A stretch of 63,990 nt of DNA, the filler included, from an uncultured Acidimicrobiia bacterium (GTDB taxonomy: Bacteria > Actinomycetota > Acidimicrobiia > Spongiisociales > JAOTWH01): NCBI GenBank assembly GCA_964347285.1. It is 3 parts of 3 records of this genome, joined end to end, with 100 filler letters (N's around TTAATTAATTAA, not from the genome) between each part and the next. Parts side by side here need not be neighbours in the genome. Positions count along the whole stretch, not along the records: positions 27,083 to 53,950 come from CAYFYE010000025.1; 2 more parts are not named here. One strand, given 5' to 3'. Shown piece after piece: positions 40,108-50,174 of the stretch (the stretch's first letter is position 1; each line of letters begins with the position of its first letter). The translations under genes and the position numbers were made by a program. The notes below the pieces were generated by a model, which was not told the origin of the DNA, made no database searches, and saw only the letters and a program-made list of their open reading frames with translations.

Positions 40108-40480
40108 GGGATCCGGTCCCCGTCGCCATCAAGCCCGATGCCCTGTGGCGACTCCTAGCCCAGACCGAAGGCTCCCGCCACCCTGCTCGAAAACCGACCG
40201 GCCCGGACCCTGCACGAGCACGGGGGCCACGACCGGTCGAGCCACTCGTCCAGCACCACGCGGTATTTGGCCGGGATGTGAGTTGCTTCCTCCAACCCGA
40301 CGACGGTCACAATGCCCGCAGTGCCCTCAGAGGACCCGCACCCCCAGGTCTGGTGACCGAGCTAACGGATGCGAGCCGACTCCGGGCGCTGTGAGCGGAG
40401 CGCTTGGAGAGACGACGGAGAGGCCGTCTCGGTTGCGGATGAGCCCGAACGGCCTCTCCCCACCCAGCCACGTACAGGGT

Positions 40481-40981
40481 TCATGGACCGGCCGGGGCGC
40501 ACAGCTCGCCGCGGTTGAAGGCGTCGAGTTCGGCCCAGTAGGCGGCGCCTTCGTCCCTCCAGGGTTTGTCTTTCTCCACCACACCGCTACCCGGCGGGTA
40601 CAGGCCGAGCCAGGCCTACGACGCGGCGAGCGTGCCCTCGACGCAGGAGGCGTCGGCACCCGATGCCTCGTTGAGCAGGGCCCCCACCACTCCGGTGAAC
40701 AGGCTCGAGCTGAGATCCTCGGCACCCGACGCGGCCATCGTCGCCAGCGCCTCGTCGCGGGTGTACTCGAGGCCGGCCACTGCGATCGAATCGAGGGGCC
40801 AGTTGGCCTCGGCCTGCCACGCCGTCGAGGAGCGAGCGCCCACCACCACGGTCACCGCCACCGTCGTGGACGCCACCCCGCCGTCGTCGTCGCTCACCGT
40901 CACGGTCACCTCATGGATCCCGCTGGCGCTCCCGAAAGCAGATCCTCCCGAGGCGAACCCGCCGTCAGCACGTCTCCCCAC
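40481..40981 (-). pseudogene. Remnant of a secreted PKD-domain protein with an internal TAG
   Basis: VTVTVSDDDGG (PKD-like). The frame continues past the TAG at 40618-40616 as AWLGLYPPGSGV...LDAFNRGELCAP to a TGA at 40481. No N-terminus. Confidence 0.55.
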
Positions 40982-41068
40982 CAGTGGAACCCGGTGCTCC
41001 CCCGATAAGGTCCACCTCGTCCACCCCGTCGCGGGGCCAGCAGCCGGGACGTGAACGCCCGGCCTACC

Positions 41069-41839
41069 TCAGCATCCCGTGAACCGGGGGTTGCGCTTCT
41101 CCCTGAAGGCGGCGACGCCTTCGACGACATCGTCCGATGACAGGCAGATGGCCTGGGCCTGGTCCTCGTAGGCGAGGGCCTCCTCGAAGGTCAGATCGAA
41201 CGAGCGATCGAGCCCGATCTTGATGAACCGCTGCGCCAGCGGCGCCCCGGCGGCCAGCTCCAGGGCCGTTCCCATGGCCGTCTCCTCGAGAGACCCGGGC
41301 TCGACGACCCGGCTCACCAGCCCGATGTCGGCCGCCTCGGTGCCGTCGACGAACCGCCCGGTCAGGGCCAGCTCCCTGGCCCGGGCCAACCCCACCAATC
41401 GGGGCAGGAGCCAGGTGCCCCCGAAGTCCACGTTGAGGCCCCGCCGCACGAAGATCTCCGAGAAACGAGCGGTACGGGCGGCGATCACGACGTCGCAACC
41501 GAGGGCCAGGTTCATGCCGGCTCCGACGGCCACACCGTCCACGGCCGCCACGGTCGGCTTGGAGAGGCGGTGCAGAGCCGTGGCGGCCCGGCCCACTTCG
41601 GCCATCTGGGCGTAGTGGTCGACGATGCCGGTGGGAGCGAACTGTCCACCCCCCAAGTCGGCCCCCGAGCAGAAGTCGCCTCCGGCACCGGTGACCACGA
41701 GCGCCCGCTGTGACGATGCCTCGAACTCCTCGAACACCCTGCTCAGCTGATTCCACCCCTCGGGCGGTATGGCGTTCTTGCGCTCCGGATTGTCGAGTGT
41801 GAGCCGCCGGACCGGCCCCAGGTCCTCGGTGCGGAACAT
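41069..41839 (-). CDS. Enoyl-CoA hydratase/isomerase family
   Basis: FCSGADL, AVDGVAVGAG, AAFREKRNPRF. Confidence 0.92.
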   Translation of the reverse strand: MFRTEDLGPVRRLTLDNPERKNAIPPEGWNQLSRVFEEFEASSQRALVVTGAGGDFCSGADLGGGQFAPTGIVDHYAQMAEVGRAATALHRLSKPTVAAVDGVAVGAGMNLALGCDVVIAARTARFSEIFVRRGLNVDFGGTWLLPRLVGLARARELALTGRFVDGTEAADIGLVSRVVEPGSLEETAMGTALELAAGAPLAQRFIKIGLDRSFDLTFEEALAYEDQAQAICLSSDDVVEGVAAFREKRNPRFTGC

Positions 41840-41890
41840 GGCGCCAGCCTAGAGGCGAGCCCCGGGCCGGGCTCCGCCTACCATCACCCC

Positions 41891-42001
41891 ATGGGCTTCA
41901 ACCCGTTTCGCCAGCAGCGCCACACGCTGGTCGACATCGTGTTGGTGATTGGCACGCTGGCGGTCACCGCAGCCCTGGTGATATGGGCCCTTTCGGGGTA
42001 G
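41891..42001 (+). CDS. Small single-TM protein (36 aa), not in the ORF track
   Basis: MGFNPFRQQRHTLVDIVLVIGTLAVTAALVIWALSG*; -10 TACCAT 6 bp upstream (leaderless); high GC3. Confidence 0.65.
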   Translation: MGFNPFRQQRHTLVDIVLVIGTLAVTAALVIWALSG

Positions 42002-42195
42002 ACGTCGTCACCCTCGTGCAACCGTATGCAGCCCGCAAGCGCTACGCCTGTCCCGGCTGTCACAGCTCGATAGAGGCCGGGGAGGGCCATCTCGTGGTCG
42101 TGCCCGAGCACGCTCCCGATTTGCGCCGGCACTGGCACCGCGGCTGCTGGTACAAGGAGCGCCGCAGCCGAGGCGACCGGCGGCACGTCGATTAG
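41983..42195 (+). CDS. Small conserved actinobacterial Cys/His protein
   Basis: KRYACPGC...HLVVVP...RRHWHRGCW motif; start uncertain. Confidence 0.6.
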   Translation: MGPFGVDVVTLVQPYAARKRYACPGCHSSIEAGEGHLVVVPEHAPDLRRHWHRGCWYKERRSRGDRRHVD

Positions 42196-42527
42196 CCGAC
42201 CCGGGGGACCCAGCGCACCCCAACACCGTCGGCTCGGAGCGTCACCGTCACGAGATCGACTCGGTGAATCCCCGGCTTCAGGCAACGGGCCACCGAGCGC
42301 ACCTGGGCCGCCTTGGTCGGCGTGAAGAATTCGGCCGGGTCGGTGTCGGCTCCGGTTCGGGTCTTCACCTCCACGGCCACTCGCTCCTCTCCCAGGGCCA
42401 CGACCAGATCGATTTCTCCTCTGCCGTGACGCACGTTGCGGGCCAACACCTCCGCCCCGCGCCGGCCCAGAAAGTCGGCGGCGACCGATTCTCCAAAACG
42501 GGCCAGCCGTCGCCGGTGGTCGCTCAG
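42192..42527 (-). CDS. YraN-family endonuclease-like protein
   Basis: GESVAADFL, GEIDLVV, VEVKTR; the best-placed start is a CTG overlapping the upstream TGA. Confidence 0.8.
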   Translation of the reverse strand: MSDHRRRLARFGESVAADFLGRRGAEVLARNVRHGRGEIDLVVALGEERVAVEVKTRTGADTDPAEFFTPTKAAQVRSVARCLKPGIHRVDLVTVTLRADGVGVRWVPRVG

Positions 42528-42823
42528 ATTGCTGGAGGGGGCTCCAGCTCCTCGATGTTCACGTCGCGAAAGCTCATCACCCGCACTTTGCGCAGGAAAC
42601 GAGCCGGGCGGTACATGTCCCATACCCAGGCGTCCTCTAGCTCGATCTCGAAGTAGACCGAGCCGCTCGCCGCCTGACGGGTTTGAACGTCCACCTTGTT
42701 GGCGAGATAGAAGCGACGCTCGGTTTCGACGACGAAGCGGAACAGCGGGAGCACGTCCCGGTACTCCTGGTAGATCTGGAGCTCGACTTCGGTCTCGTAA
42801 CGCTCCAGGTCTTCCTCGCCCAT
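42524..42823 (-). CDS. DUF2469 family protein
   Basis: EDLERYETEVELQIYQEYRDV, VVETERRFYLAN, DAWVWDMYRPARF. Confidence 0.9.
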   Translation of the reverse strand: MGEEDLERYETEVELQIYQEYRDVLPLFRFVVETERRFYLANKVDVQTRQAASGSVYFEIELEDAWVWDMYRPARFLRKVRVMSFRDVNIEELEPPPAI

Positions 42824-42964
42824 GTGCGCCTCCCGTAGATGTTCGCCGGATCCCGGCGTCGATCCCAGAATGATACCGGCTCGCATGCGGGCGGCTTCGA
42901 CACGGCGGCAACTCCGGGAGGACACCACACGTTCTACCGGCCGGCTACGACAGCGAAACGGGCG

Positions 42965-43678
42965 TTACAGGCCGCTCCACCGGCTCGGAGGCCATACCGT
43001 GACGAAGGCCCGGCCGATTATTTCCTCGGTCGCGATGGACCCGAAGAACCGGCTGTCGCGGCTTTGGGCCCGATTGTCCCCCATGACGAAGACGTGTTTG
43101 GCCGGAACGGTCTCGGGGCCGAAATCGGCCATGGTCACCGCCGGGCCCAGGTAGGGCTCGTCCAGGAGACGCCCGTCGATGAACACCCGGTTGTCCCGTA
43201 TCTCGATGGTCTCTCCTTCGAGGGCCACGATGCGCTTGATGAACTCCGACTTTGGCTGAGACAATCCGACCGCTTCGGCGACATTGCGCAGCACTGCCCT
43301 TGGCAGAGCCTCGTTGTCACCGTTGTCTTGGCCGGGCGGATCGAAAACCACGATGTCGCCCCGCGATTCGTCGCCGAGGCGATAGGAGAGCTTGTTGACC
43401 ATGACGCGATCGCGCTCCAGCAGCGTGCCGCGCATGGACCCCGACTCGATGAAGAACGCCTGGATGAAGAACGTCTTGATGATCACCGCCACCACTAGGG
43501 CGATGAGCACCAATACCGGGAGTTCCCGCCAGAAGGACCGGCGAGCCTTGGACTGCTCGGCTTCGTTGCGTAACCCCTCACGGAGCCGCTCGACGATCCG
43601 GGAGGCCGACTCGGGAGGGTAGGGATCGTTTGCGGTCGGTTTGTCGTCGGGATCGGTGGAGAACGGGTCGGAGGTCAC
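42965..43678 (-). CDS. lepB: Signal peptidase I
   Basis: SGSMRGTL, FIKRIV, MGDNRAQSRDSR. Confidence 0.95.
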   Translation of the reverse strand: MTSDPFSTDPDDKPTANDPYPPESASRIVERLREGLRNEAEQSKARRSFWRELPVLVLIALVVAVIIKTFFIQAFFIESGSMRGTLLERDRVMVNKLSYRLGDESRGDIVVFDPPGQDNGDNEALPRAVLRNVAEAVGLSQPKSEFIKRIVALEGETIEIRDNRVFIDGRLLDEPYLGPAVTMADFGPETVPAKHVFVMGDNRAQSRDSRFFGSIATEEIIGRAFVTVWPPSRWSGL

Positions 43679-43713
43679 AACCCGACGTTACCGCATCCGG
43701 AGTGCTGACCCGG

Positions 43714-44058
43714 CTACTCGCGCTTCTCCTTGATGCGGGTCGCCCTGCCTACCCGGTCGCGCAGGTAGTACAGCTTGGCGCGGCGGACGTGGCCGCGACG
43801 AAGCACGTCGATCTTCGAGATGATGGGGGCATGGACGGGAAAGATGCGCTCCACGCCCACACCGAAGCTCACCTTGCGGACCGTGAACGTCTCGCGAACC
43901 CCGCCCCCCTGGCGACCGATCACCACACCCTCGAACGCCTGGACCCGCTCGCGGCCTCCCTCGAGCACGCGCACGTGGACCCGTACGGTATCGCCGGGTG
44001 CAAAGTCGGGAATGTCGTCGCGCAGTTGGGCGCTTTCGACCTTGTCCAAGGTGTTCAT
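43714..44058 (-). CDS. rplS: 50S ribosomal protein L19
   Basis: [32 protein letters not shown]. Confidence 0.97.
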   Translation of the reverse strand: MNTLDKVESAQLRDDIPDFAPGDTVRVHVRVLEGGRERVQAFEGVVIGRQGGGVRETFTVRKVSFGVGVERIFPVHAPIISKIDVLRRGHVRRAKLYYLRDRVGRATRIKEKRE

Positions 44059-44134
44059 CGGGAGTCCTCCCGCGCAGAACCCCGACCCGAGGGAGGGCCG
44101 GGAGCGGGATTGTAGCGGTCGTCCGGGCCTGCGG

Positions 44135-44800
44135 CTAGCCCTCCAGGAGGTCGGGACGCCGCTCTTCGGTGCGCCGCCGCCGCTGCTCCCGGCGCCACTC
44201 CTCGACCCGGGCGTGATCTCCCGAAAGAAGTACGTCGGGCACCTTCCACCCCCGAAAGTCGGCGGGCCGGGTGTAATGAGGCTCCTCCAGCAGGCCTCCC
44301 CGAAAGCTCTCGTGTTCGATCGAGGAAGGATTGCCCACCACACCCGGCAGCAACCGGGCTATCCCCTCGATGATGGCCAATGCAGCCACCTCACCGCCCA
44401 GCAACACGAAGTCTCCCAGCGAGACCTCTTCGTCGATGAAGTGCTGAGCCACTCGTTCGTCCACGCCTTCGTATCGGCCGCAAACCAAGGTGAGCGCGGG
44501 CAGGCCGGCCCATCGCTCCAGGGCCGCCTGTTCGAGGGGATGACCGGCCGGCGTGAGCAGGATGCGGTGGGTGTCGGCCAACGGCTCGAGGGCTCGGGCC
44601 AGCGGCTCCACCATCATCACCATGCCCGGTCCGCCCCCGAAGGGAGCGTCGTCGACTCGCCGGTGGGCCCCTTCGGCATGATCGCGCAGATCGTGGAGGT
44701 GAACCTCGAGCGAGCCGGAATCTCGGGCCCGGGCGACGAGGCTGGTCGCCAGCGGGGAAACGAAGAACTCTGGAAAGATGGAGATCACATGGATGTCCAT
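44135..44800 (-). CDS. trmD: tRNA (m1G37) methyltransferase
   Basis: [33 protein letters not shown]. Confidence 0.96.
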   Translation of the reverse strand: MDIHVISIFPEFFVSPLATSLVARARDSGSLEVHLHDLRDHAEGAHRRVDDAPFGGGPGMVMMVEPLARALEPLADTHRILLTPAGHPLEQAALERWAGLPALTLVCGRYEGVDERVAQHFIDEEVSLGDFVLLGGEVAALAIIEGIARLLPGVVGNPSSIEHESFRGGLLEEPHYTRPADFRGWKVPDVLLSGDHARVEEWRREQRRRRTEERRPDLLEG

Positions 44801-44841
44801 TTCCTCAGAGTATCCTCCGCTCCCCGACAATCTGGAGCAGC

Positions 44842-45459
44842 GTGACGACAGGACGGGACGACCCGTTCCGCCGCGGCCATCGGCGACGTGGGTTCGACGC
44901 TCCCGGACAGCGGCTCACCGAAGCGCTGACGGTGGCCCGGTTCCCCCTGGAGCCGTGGGCCCGACCCGACCTCGAGGCAGAGGAGTACCCGCCCGAAACC
45001 CCGTTCGATGACCCGGCCGAGCCCGAGGTGGTCGACCTCAGGCCCCAGGCGGCCACGGTGGAAGGTCCGGTGCGGTACACCGACGACAACTACGGCATGG
45101 GCCGGAACTGGGGCTCGGGGTGGAGCCGATCGGCGCAAGGCTGGGTGGACGACGGTGCGGCCGGTCCCTCGTGGCGCCCGGTGGTCACCACCACGATCGA
45201 CTTCCCGGAATGGGACGTCGACACCTACCTGGGAGTCGTCAGCGGCGAGGCGGCGGTGGAGCATGCCGGCGGCAACACCGAGGCACTGGGGGCGGCGCTG
45301 GCCGAGGCTCGAGAGGTGGCCATGCGGGGCCTCATCGATGCCGCCGTGACCCGGGGAGCCCACGCCGTCGTCGGCGCTGCGCTCTCCTACACCCCGGTGG
45401 GCCGCAAGCTGCTGGTGACCGCCCATGGAACGGCGGTCGCATTGCGGGATCGCACGTAG
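44842..45459 (+). CDS. YbjQ-like (putative heavy-metal-binding) domain protein with N-terminal extension
   Basis: VTTT...YLGVVSGE...GAHAVVG...VTAHGTAV. Confidence 0.7.
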   Translation: MTTGRDDPFRRGHRRRGFDAPGQRLTEALTVARFPLEPWARPDLEAEEYPPETPFDDPAEPEVVDLRPQAATVEGPVRYTDDNYGMGRNWGSGWSRSAQGWVDDGAAGPSWRPVVTTTIDFPEWDVDTYLGVVSGEAAVEHAGGNTEALGAALAEAREVAMRGLIDAAVTRGAHAVVGAALSYTPVGRKLLVTAHGTAVALRDRT

Positions 45460-45526
45460 TCGTTCTCGGTCGGCGACGGTCTTTCCCCCTATTCACTCAC
45501 CGAGAACGACGCTGCCCCGGTGGCCG

Positions 45527-46756
45527 TCACCCGCTGCGGGGCACCTCCCGAAAGGGAACGTCCTTGTCCACCCTCACGTCGGGCGGCAGCCCCAGCACCC
45601 GCTCGCCGATGATGTTGCGCTGGATGGCGTCGGTTCCTCCGCCGATGCGTAGGCCGGGGACGCCCAGGAAGCCGGCGTGCCAGTCGCCCCGGCGCGGAGC
45701 ATCGCCCCCGGCCAGGCTTCCAAATGGTCCCTGTAGGTCCAGGCCCAGCGCGTAGATGTCCTCGAGCAGCATGGTCCCGGCCAGCTTCATCGTCGACCCC
45801 TCCGGACCCGGCGAGCGGCCTTCGGCAACAGCGGTCAGCAGGCGCATCACCGTGTAGCGAAGCGCCTGGGCGCGGACGTAGATATCACTGAAGCGATCTC
45901 GAATCTCGGGATCGCCGGCCCTCCCACTCTCCACAACCACGGCCCGCAGGGCATCCAGCACCCCGGTGTTGGAGAACGACGGGCTGTAGCGCTCGTACAT
46001 GAAGGTGGTGGTGGCCACCCGCCACCCTTCGCCGACCTCCCCGACGCGCCGGGTGTCCGGGACGCGGGCACCGTCGAGAAACACTTCGTTGAAGTTGGCG
46101 GAGTCGGTCATCTGGCGCATGGGACGGGCCTCGATGCCGTCCTGGTGCATGTCGACCAGGAAGGCGGTCAGACCCAGGTGTTTGGGGAGGTCGGGATCGT
46201 GTCGAGCGATGCACAGCCCCCAGTCGGCATGATGAGCGAGGGTGGTCCACACCTTCTGACCCGTGAGGACCCAGTCCTCCCCATCCCGGTCGGCCCGGGT
46301 GACCAGCCCGGCCAGGTCCGAGCCGGCCGCCGGTTCCGAGAACAGCTGGCACCACACCTCGTCCCCGCGCAGCAGCGGCGGAAGGACTCGGGCGGACAGC
46401 TCCTCGGCGGCGTGGGCCAGGACCGCCAGGCCACACCAGCCGACACCCACTTCCAGCGCATCCTGAGGCACGTCGAAGCGGCTTTCTTCCTGGGCGAAGA
46501 TGACCGCCTCCATGATGGTTTCACCCCGTCCCCCGTATTTCTCCGGCCAGTGAATGCCGGCCCATCCGGCGTCGAACTTGGTGGCCTGCCAGGCTCGGGC
46601 CGCTGCCAGCTGGCGCTCCTCTTCCTCCGGGCTCCACTCGGCAATGATCGAAGAGATGAGCACGGGCGGCTCGACGTTGAGCGAAGCGTTGGCCTCCAGC
46701 CAGGCCCTGGCTTCGGCCCGGAACGCCGCCTCCTGCGGTGAGTCGTACGGCTGCAC
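45527..46756 (-). CDS. Acyl-CoA dehydrogenase family
   Basis: WCQLFSEPAAGSDL, GQKVWT, FNEVF, IGGGTDAIQRNIIGER; leaderless GTG after TATCTT. Confidence 0.92.
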   Translation of the reverse strand: MQPYDSPQEAAFRAEARAWLEANASLNVEPPVLISSIIAEWSPEEEERQLAAARAWQATKFDAGWAGIHWPEKYGGRGETIMEAVIFAQEESRFDVPQDALEVGVGWCGLAVLAHAAEELSARVLPPLLRGDEVWCQLFSEPAAGSDLAGLVTRADRDGEDWVLTGQKVWTTLAHHADWGLCIARHDPDLPKHLGLTAFLVDMHQDGIEARPMRQMTDSANFNEVFLDGARVPDTRRVGEVGEGWRVATTTFMYERYSPSFSNTGVLDALRAVVVESGRAGDPEIRDRFSDIYVRAQALRYTVMRLLTAVAEGRSPGPEGSTMKLAGTMLLEDIYALGLDLQGPFGSLAGGDAPRRGDWHAGFLGVPGLRIGGGTDAIQRNIIGERVLGLPPDVRVDKDVPFREVPRSG

Positions 46757-46835
46757 CCCCCGAAGATACCTCTCGGGGGACATGCCTCGGCCGCGGCGGG
46801 TCGCAGTACCATCGCCGCGCCGAAAGGATTCCCGG

Positions 46836-48296
46836 GTGCATCGCTTCGCTCCACTCCTCACCTTCGGCCTGCTCATCGGCGCCTGCACGTCGACGACGGC
46901 CACCACCGCCGGCCCCACCCCTACCCCGGCCCCCAGCGTGGAGACCACCACCGTGCCCACGACCACGACGTCGGCGACGACGACTACCAGGCCGCCGGCT
47001 TCCACCACCACCGTGGTCAGCGACGATCCCCGGACCGACCGCGAGATCACCGACGATGAGCTCCTGTTCATGAACCCCGATCCCGACGCCCTCGGGGGCG
47101 ACTACACCGGATTCGAGGTGGCCGCCCACGCCCTCGAGCCCAACGCCGAGCTGATCCGCAAGTCGCTCCTCGACCCGGCCGACGAGGAGGCCGACATCAC
47201 CGCATTCGATCGGGCCAACGGTGCCCGCATCGAGCTGCGACCCCGCTCACTGCGACTGGGGACGGGCGACCTCATAGGGGTGCACACCTGGATCAACCTC
47301 TTCGAGGACTTCGAGGGCGCCTCGGCCTACCTCGAGGACTACATCCAGGACATCTCCAAGGGCGTCGGTGGCGGGGTGCCGAGCGACCTCATCGTCACCG
47401 GCGTCGACTCGTTCGCGGTCGAAGACCTCGGGCAGGAATCGGTGGGCCTGATTCTCGGCGAGAGCCGGCTCGGAGGGGAGCTGGTCCGCTTCCAGACTCT
47501 CATCGGCTTCCGTATCGGCCGGCTGCTGGCGTTCGTGGCGCTAATCCATCCCGACGACTCCGACCACCGCGTCAGGGCGATCCGACTGGCGGAGGCACTC
47601 GAGCGGCGGGTCGACGGCGTGCTCACCGGAAACCTGGTTCCGGCCGAGCCCGAGCCGCAGCCCCAGCCGCTGCTGGCCTACGAATTCGCCTACGCCCAAA
47701 CGGTGGCCCGGCGCGGCTCGGAGGGAACCATCACCTCGGAGGGCATCGAAATCCTCCCCGACCAGCTCTCCTGTCAGATCAAGACCGACCTCGCCGGCAT
47801 CGAGCAGACCCGCGCCTATGTCGTCATGGGAGATCGGGCCTGGGCGGCGGACGCCGACGCCCAGGACCCCTCCTACCAGACCGTCAGTCCCGACGAATAC
47901 CTGGTGGCCGGCGACCTCCTCTACTGTCCAGGCTGGCCGGTGGAGCTGGCCGCCTCGGGCCTCGATCTGGCCCTGGCCGGCCGTCCGCTGACCGAGTTCG
48001 AATTGGACGACGGCACCCCGGCCCTCTTCTATCAGCTCGATGAGGCCGCGGCGACCGATATCGGGCTCGTTCCCGACGGCTCGCCGATCGAAGTCGACCG
48101 GTTCGAGGTCACCGCCGACGCTATCAGCCCCTGGGTGCGCTCCCTCGACATCGAGATGTCGGGATCCGCCTCGGCTTTCGCCGATGCCTTCGGTTCTGCC
48201 TTCGTCCAGTTCGGAGGGGGTCGGACGACGGTGACGATCTCGTTCGAAGCGAAGAGGATCAACGACCCCGACCTGGAGGTCACTCCCCCCGCTTAG
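46836..48296 (+). CDS. Lipoprotein of unknown function with Thr-rich linker
   Basis: Lipobox LIGAC followed by a poly-Thr/Pro linker. Confidence 0.75.
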   Translation: MHRFAPLLTFGLLIGACTSTTATTAGPTPTPAPSVETTTVPTTTTSATTTTRPPASTTTVVSDDPRTDREITDDELLFMNPDPDALGGDYTGFEVAAHALEPNAELIRKSLLDPADEEADITAFDRANGARIELRPRSLRLGTGDLIGVHTWINLFEDFEGASAYLEDYIQDISKGVGGGVPSDLIVTGVDSFAVEDLGQESVGLILGESRLGGELVRFQTLIGFRIGRLLAFVALIHPDDSDHRVRAIRLAEALERRVDGVLTGNLVPAEPEPQPQPLLAYEFAYAQTVARRGSEGTITSEGIEILPDQLSCQIKTDLAGIEQTRAYVVMGDRAWAADADAQDPSYQTVSPDEYLVAGDLLYCPGWPVELAASGLDLALAGRPLTEFELDDGTPALFYQLDEAAATDIGLVPDGSPIEVDRFEVTADAISPWVRSLDIEMSGSASAFADAFGSAFVQFGGGRTTVTISFEAKRINDPDLEVTPPA

Positions 48297-48302
48297 GCCG
48301 GT

Positions 48303-50174
48303 CTACGGAGCTCGTACCACCGGTTCGTAGAGTGTGTTCCGCTGGATCGGCACCCGTCCCGCCTCCCGAATGGCGTCCTCCATTTCGGCTGCAGATACCG
48401 CCTGGCCGTGCTCGGCTCCGGCGGCTCGGGAGATGTTCTCGTCCATCAACGTGCCGCCCAGATCGTTGCACCCGGCCTCGAGCAGGCGGACGGCCCCGTC
48501 CAGCCCCAGCTTGACCCACGACGCCTGGATATTGGGGATGAGGCCGTCGAAGGCCAAGCGGGCCACCGCGTGGACCAGCACCACCTCGTCCCAGGTGGGT
48601 CCGGGCCGGGACCGGCCCCGCAGGTAGATGGGAGCCCCCATGTGAACGAAAGGCAGAGGCACGAACTCGGTGATGCCCCCGGTCCGTCGCTGGATCTGGC
48701 GCAGCACCTCGAGGTGATTGGCCCAGGATCGGGGCCCGTCGATGTGGCCGAACATCATCGTCGCCGTCGAACGAAGCCCCATCTCGTGAGCCGTGACCAT
48801 GACCCGGGCCCACTCCGAGGTGGTGATCTTGTCCGGGCACAGGAACCGCCTGACCTCGTCGTCGAGGATCTCCGCAGCGGTCCCCGGCAGCGTCCCCAGC
48901 CCGGCCTCCTTCAACCGCCCCAGGAACTCCTCTACCGAGATCCCCAGGGTCTCCGCCCCCTGCCACACCTCGAGCGGAGTAAAGCCGTGGACGTGCATCT
49001 GGGGCACGGTGTCCTTGATCGCCTGGAGCACCGACACATAGAAGTCCCCGGTGAAGTCGGGATGTATGCCCCCCTGCAGGCACACCTCGGTGGCCCCCCG
49101 ATCCCAGGCCTCCTTGGCCCGGAACGCCACCTCATGGACCTCGAGCAGGTACGGATCGCCTCGTAGGTCGAGGGAGCGGGGCCCCTTGGAGAAGGCGCAG
49201 AATCCGCATCGGAAATAGCACTGGTTGGTGTAATTGATGTTGCGGTTGACGACGTAGGTCACCGTGCCGCCGCTGCGGCGTCGGCGCAGCTCGTCGGCCA
49301 CCGCGCCGATTGCCTCGACCTCGGGGCCGCGGGCCGAGAACAGCAGCTCGACCTCGTCGCGGGTCGGGGGCAGGCCCTCGAGGGAGCGGCTGAGTACCGC
49401 CCCCAGCTCGGGGGCAAGGTGGTCGAGCCCCGACCGCGGCCGGCCCTCGACCCAGGCCCGATCGACCCACTCTGCCGACAGCCTCTTGGCCGGCACCGGC
49501 GCAGCCAGGTCTTTGCCGGGCGCCCAGTCCCCGCGAGGGCGGACCGCCCCCGAGCCGTCCACCCCGTCGAGATAGGCCCTGAACAACTCGGCGTCGAGAT
49601 GACGGCGCGCCTCGTCCACTGTGGCGGAGACCGGGAAGGCGGAACGCTCCACCAGCCGGGTCGGGGCCAGAGCATCGCGCAGCGCCCCGACGCTCTCGGT
49701 GTCCCAGTCGCGCAACAGCAGATCGGAGGCGCCGGCCCTGATGGCGGCCAAGGCGTCCTCGACGGTATCCACGAACACCGACACCCGGACCCGCAGGCCC
49801 GGCATCGAGGCCAAATCCGCAGCGGAGGGAACCCTGCTCCGACCCGTCCGCAGGAAAGCGGCCCCGCTGCGGGCCAAAGCGTCGAGGACCCGCTCCGGGG
49901 GCCCCTCATCGCCGACCGTCAATCGCCAGCCGGCTACACCATCACGACTCAGCTCCAGAGCCCGTTCCGGGTCGGCCACCCAAGCCGCCGGCTCGGCCTC
50001 CCCCGCCCCCGCCTCCAGGGGGAGAATTCCACCGGCCAGGGCGGCCTCCCGATCAGAAGCCGCCAGTCCGTCCACCTCGACCACGGTGGTTCCTTCCCGG
50101 CGCCGCGTAGCAGCCCACACCTCGTTGAGGCTCTGGGCGAGGCGCAGGCGGCAGAACGAGATCGTGGGGTTCAT
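48303..50174 (-). CDS. cofH: FO synthase subunit CofH with long N-terminal extension
   Basis: NRNINYTNQCYFRCGFCAF radical SAM motif, CLQGGIHP, LPGTAAEIL, NIQASWVK, NDLGGTLMDE; ATGA overlap with cofG. Confidence 0.9.
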   Translation of the reverse strand: MNPTISFCRLRLAQSLNEVWAATRRREGTTVVEVDGLAASDREAALAGGILPLEAGAGEAEPAAWVADPERALELSRDGVAGWRLTVGDEGPPERVLDALARSGAAFLRTGRSRVPSAADLASMPGLRVRVSVFVDTVEDALAAIRAGASDLLLRDWDTESVGALRDALAPTRLVERSAFPVSATVDEARRHLDAELFRAYLDGVDGSGAVRPRGDWAPGKDLAAPVPAKRLSAEWVDRAWVEGRPRSGLDHLAPELGAVLSRSLEGLPPTRDEVELLFSARGPEVEAIGAVADELRRRRSGGTVTYVVNRNINYTNQCYFRCGFCAFSKGPRSLDLRGDPYLLEVHEVAFRAKEAWDRGATEVCLQGGIHPDFTGDFYVSVLQAIKDTVPQMHVHGFTPLEVWQGAETLGISVEEFLGRLKEAGLGTLPGTAAEILDDEVRRFLCPDKITTSEWARVMVTAHEMGLRSTATMMFGHIDGPRSWANHLEVLRQIQRRTGGITEFVPLPFVHMGAPIYLRGRSRPGPTWDEVVLVHAVARLAFDGLIPNIQASWVKLGLDGAVRLLEAGCNDLGGTLMDENISRAAGAEHGQAVSAAEMEDAIREAGRVPIQRNTLYEPVVRAP

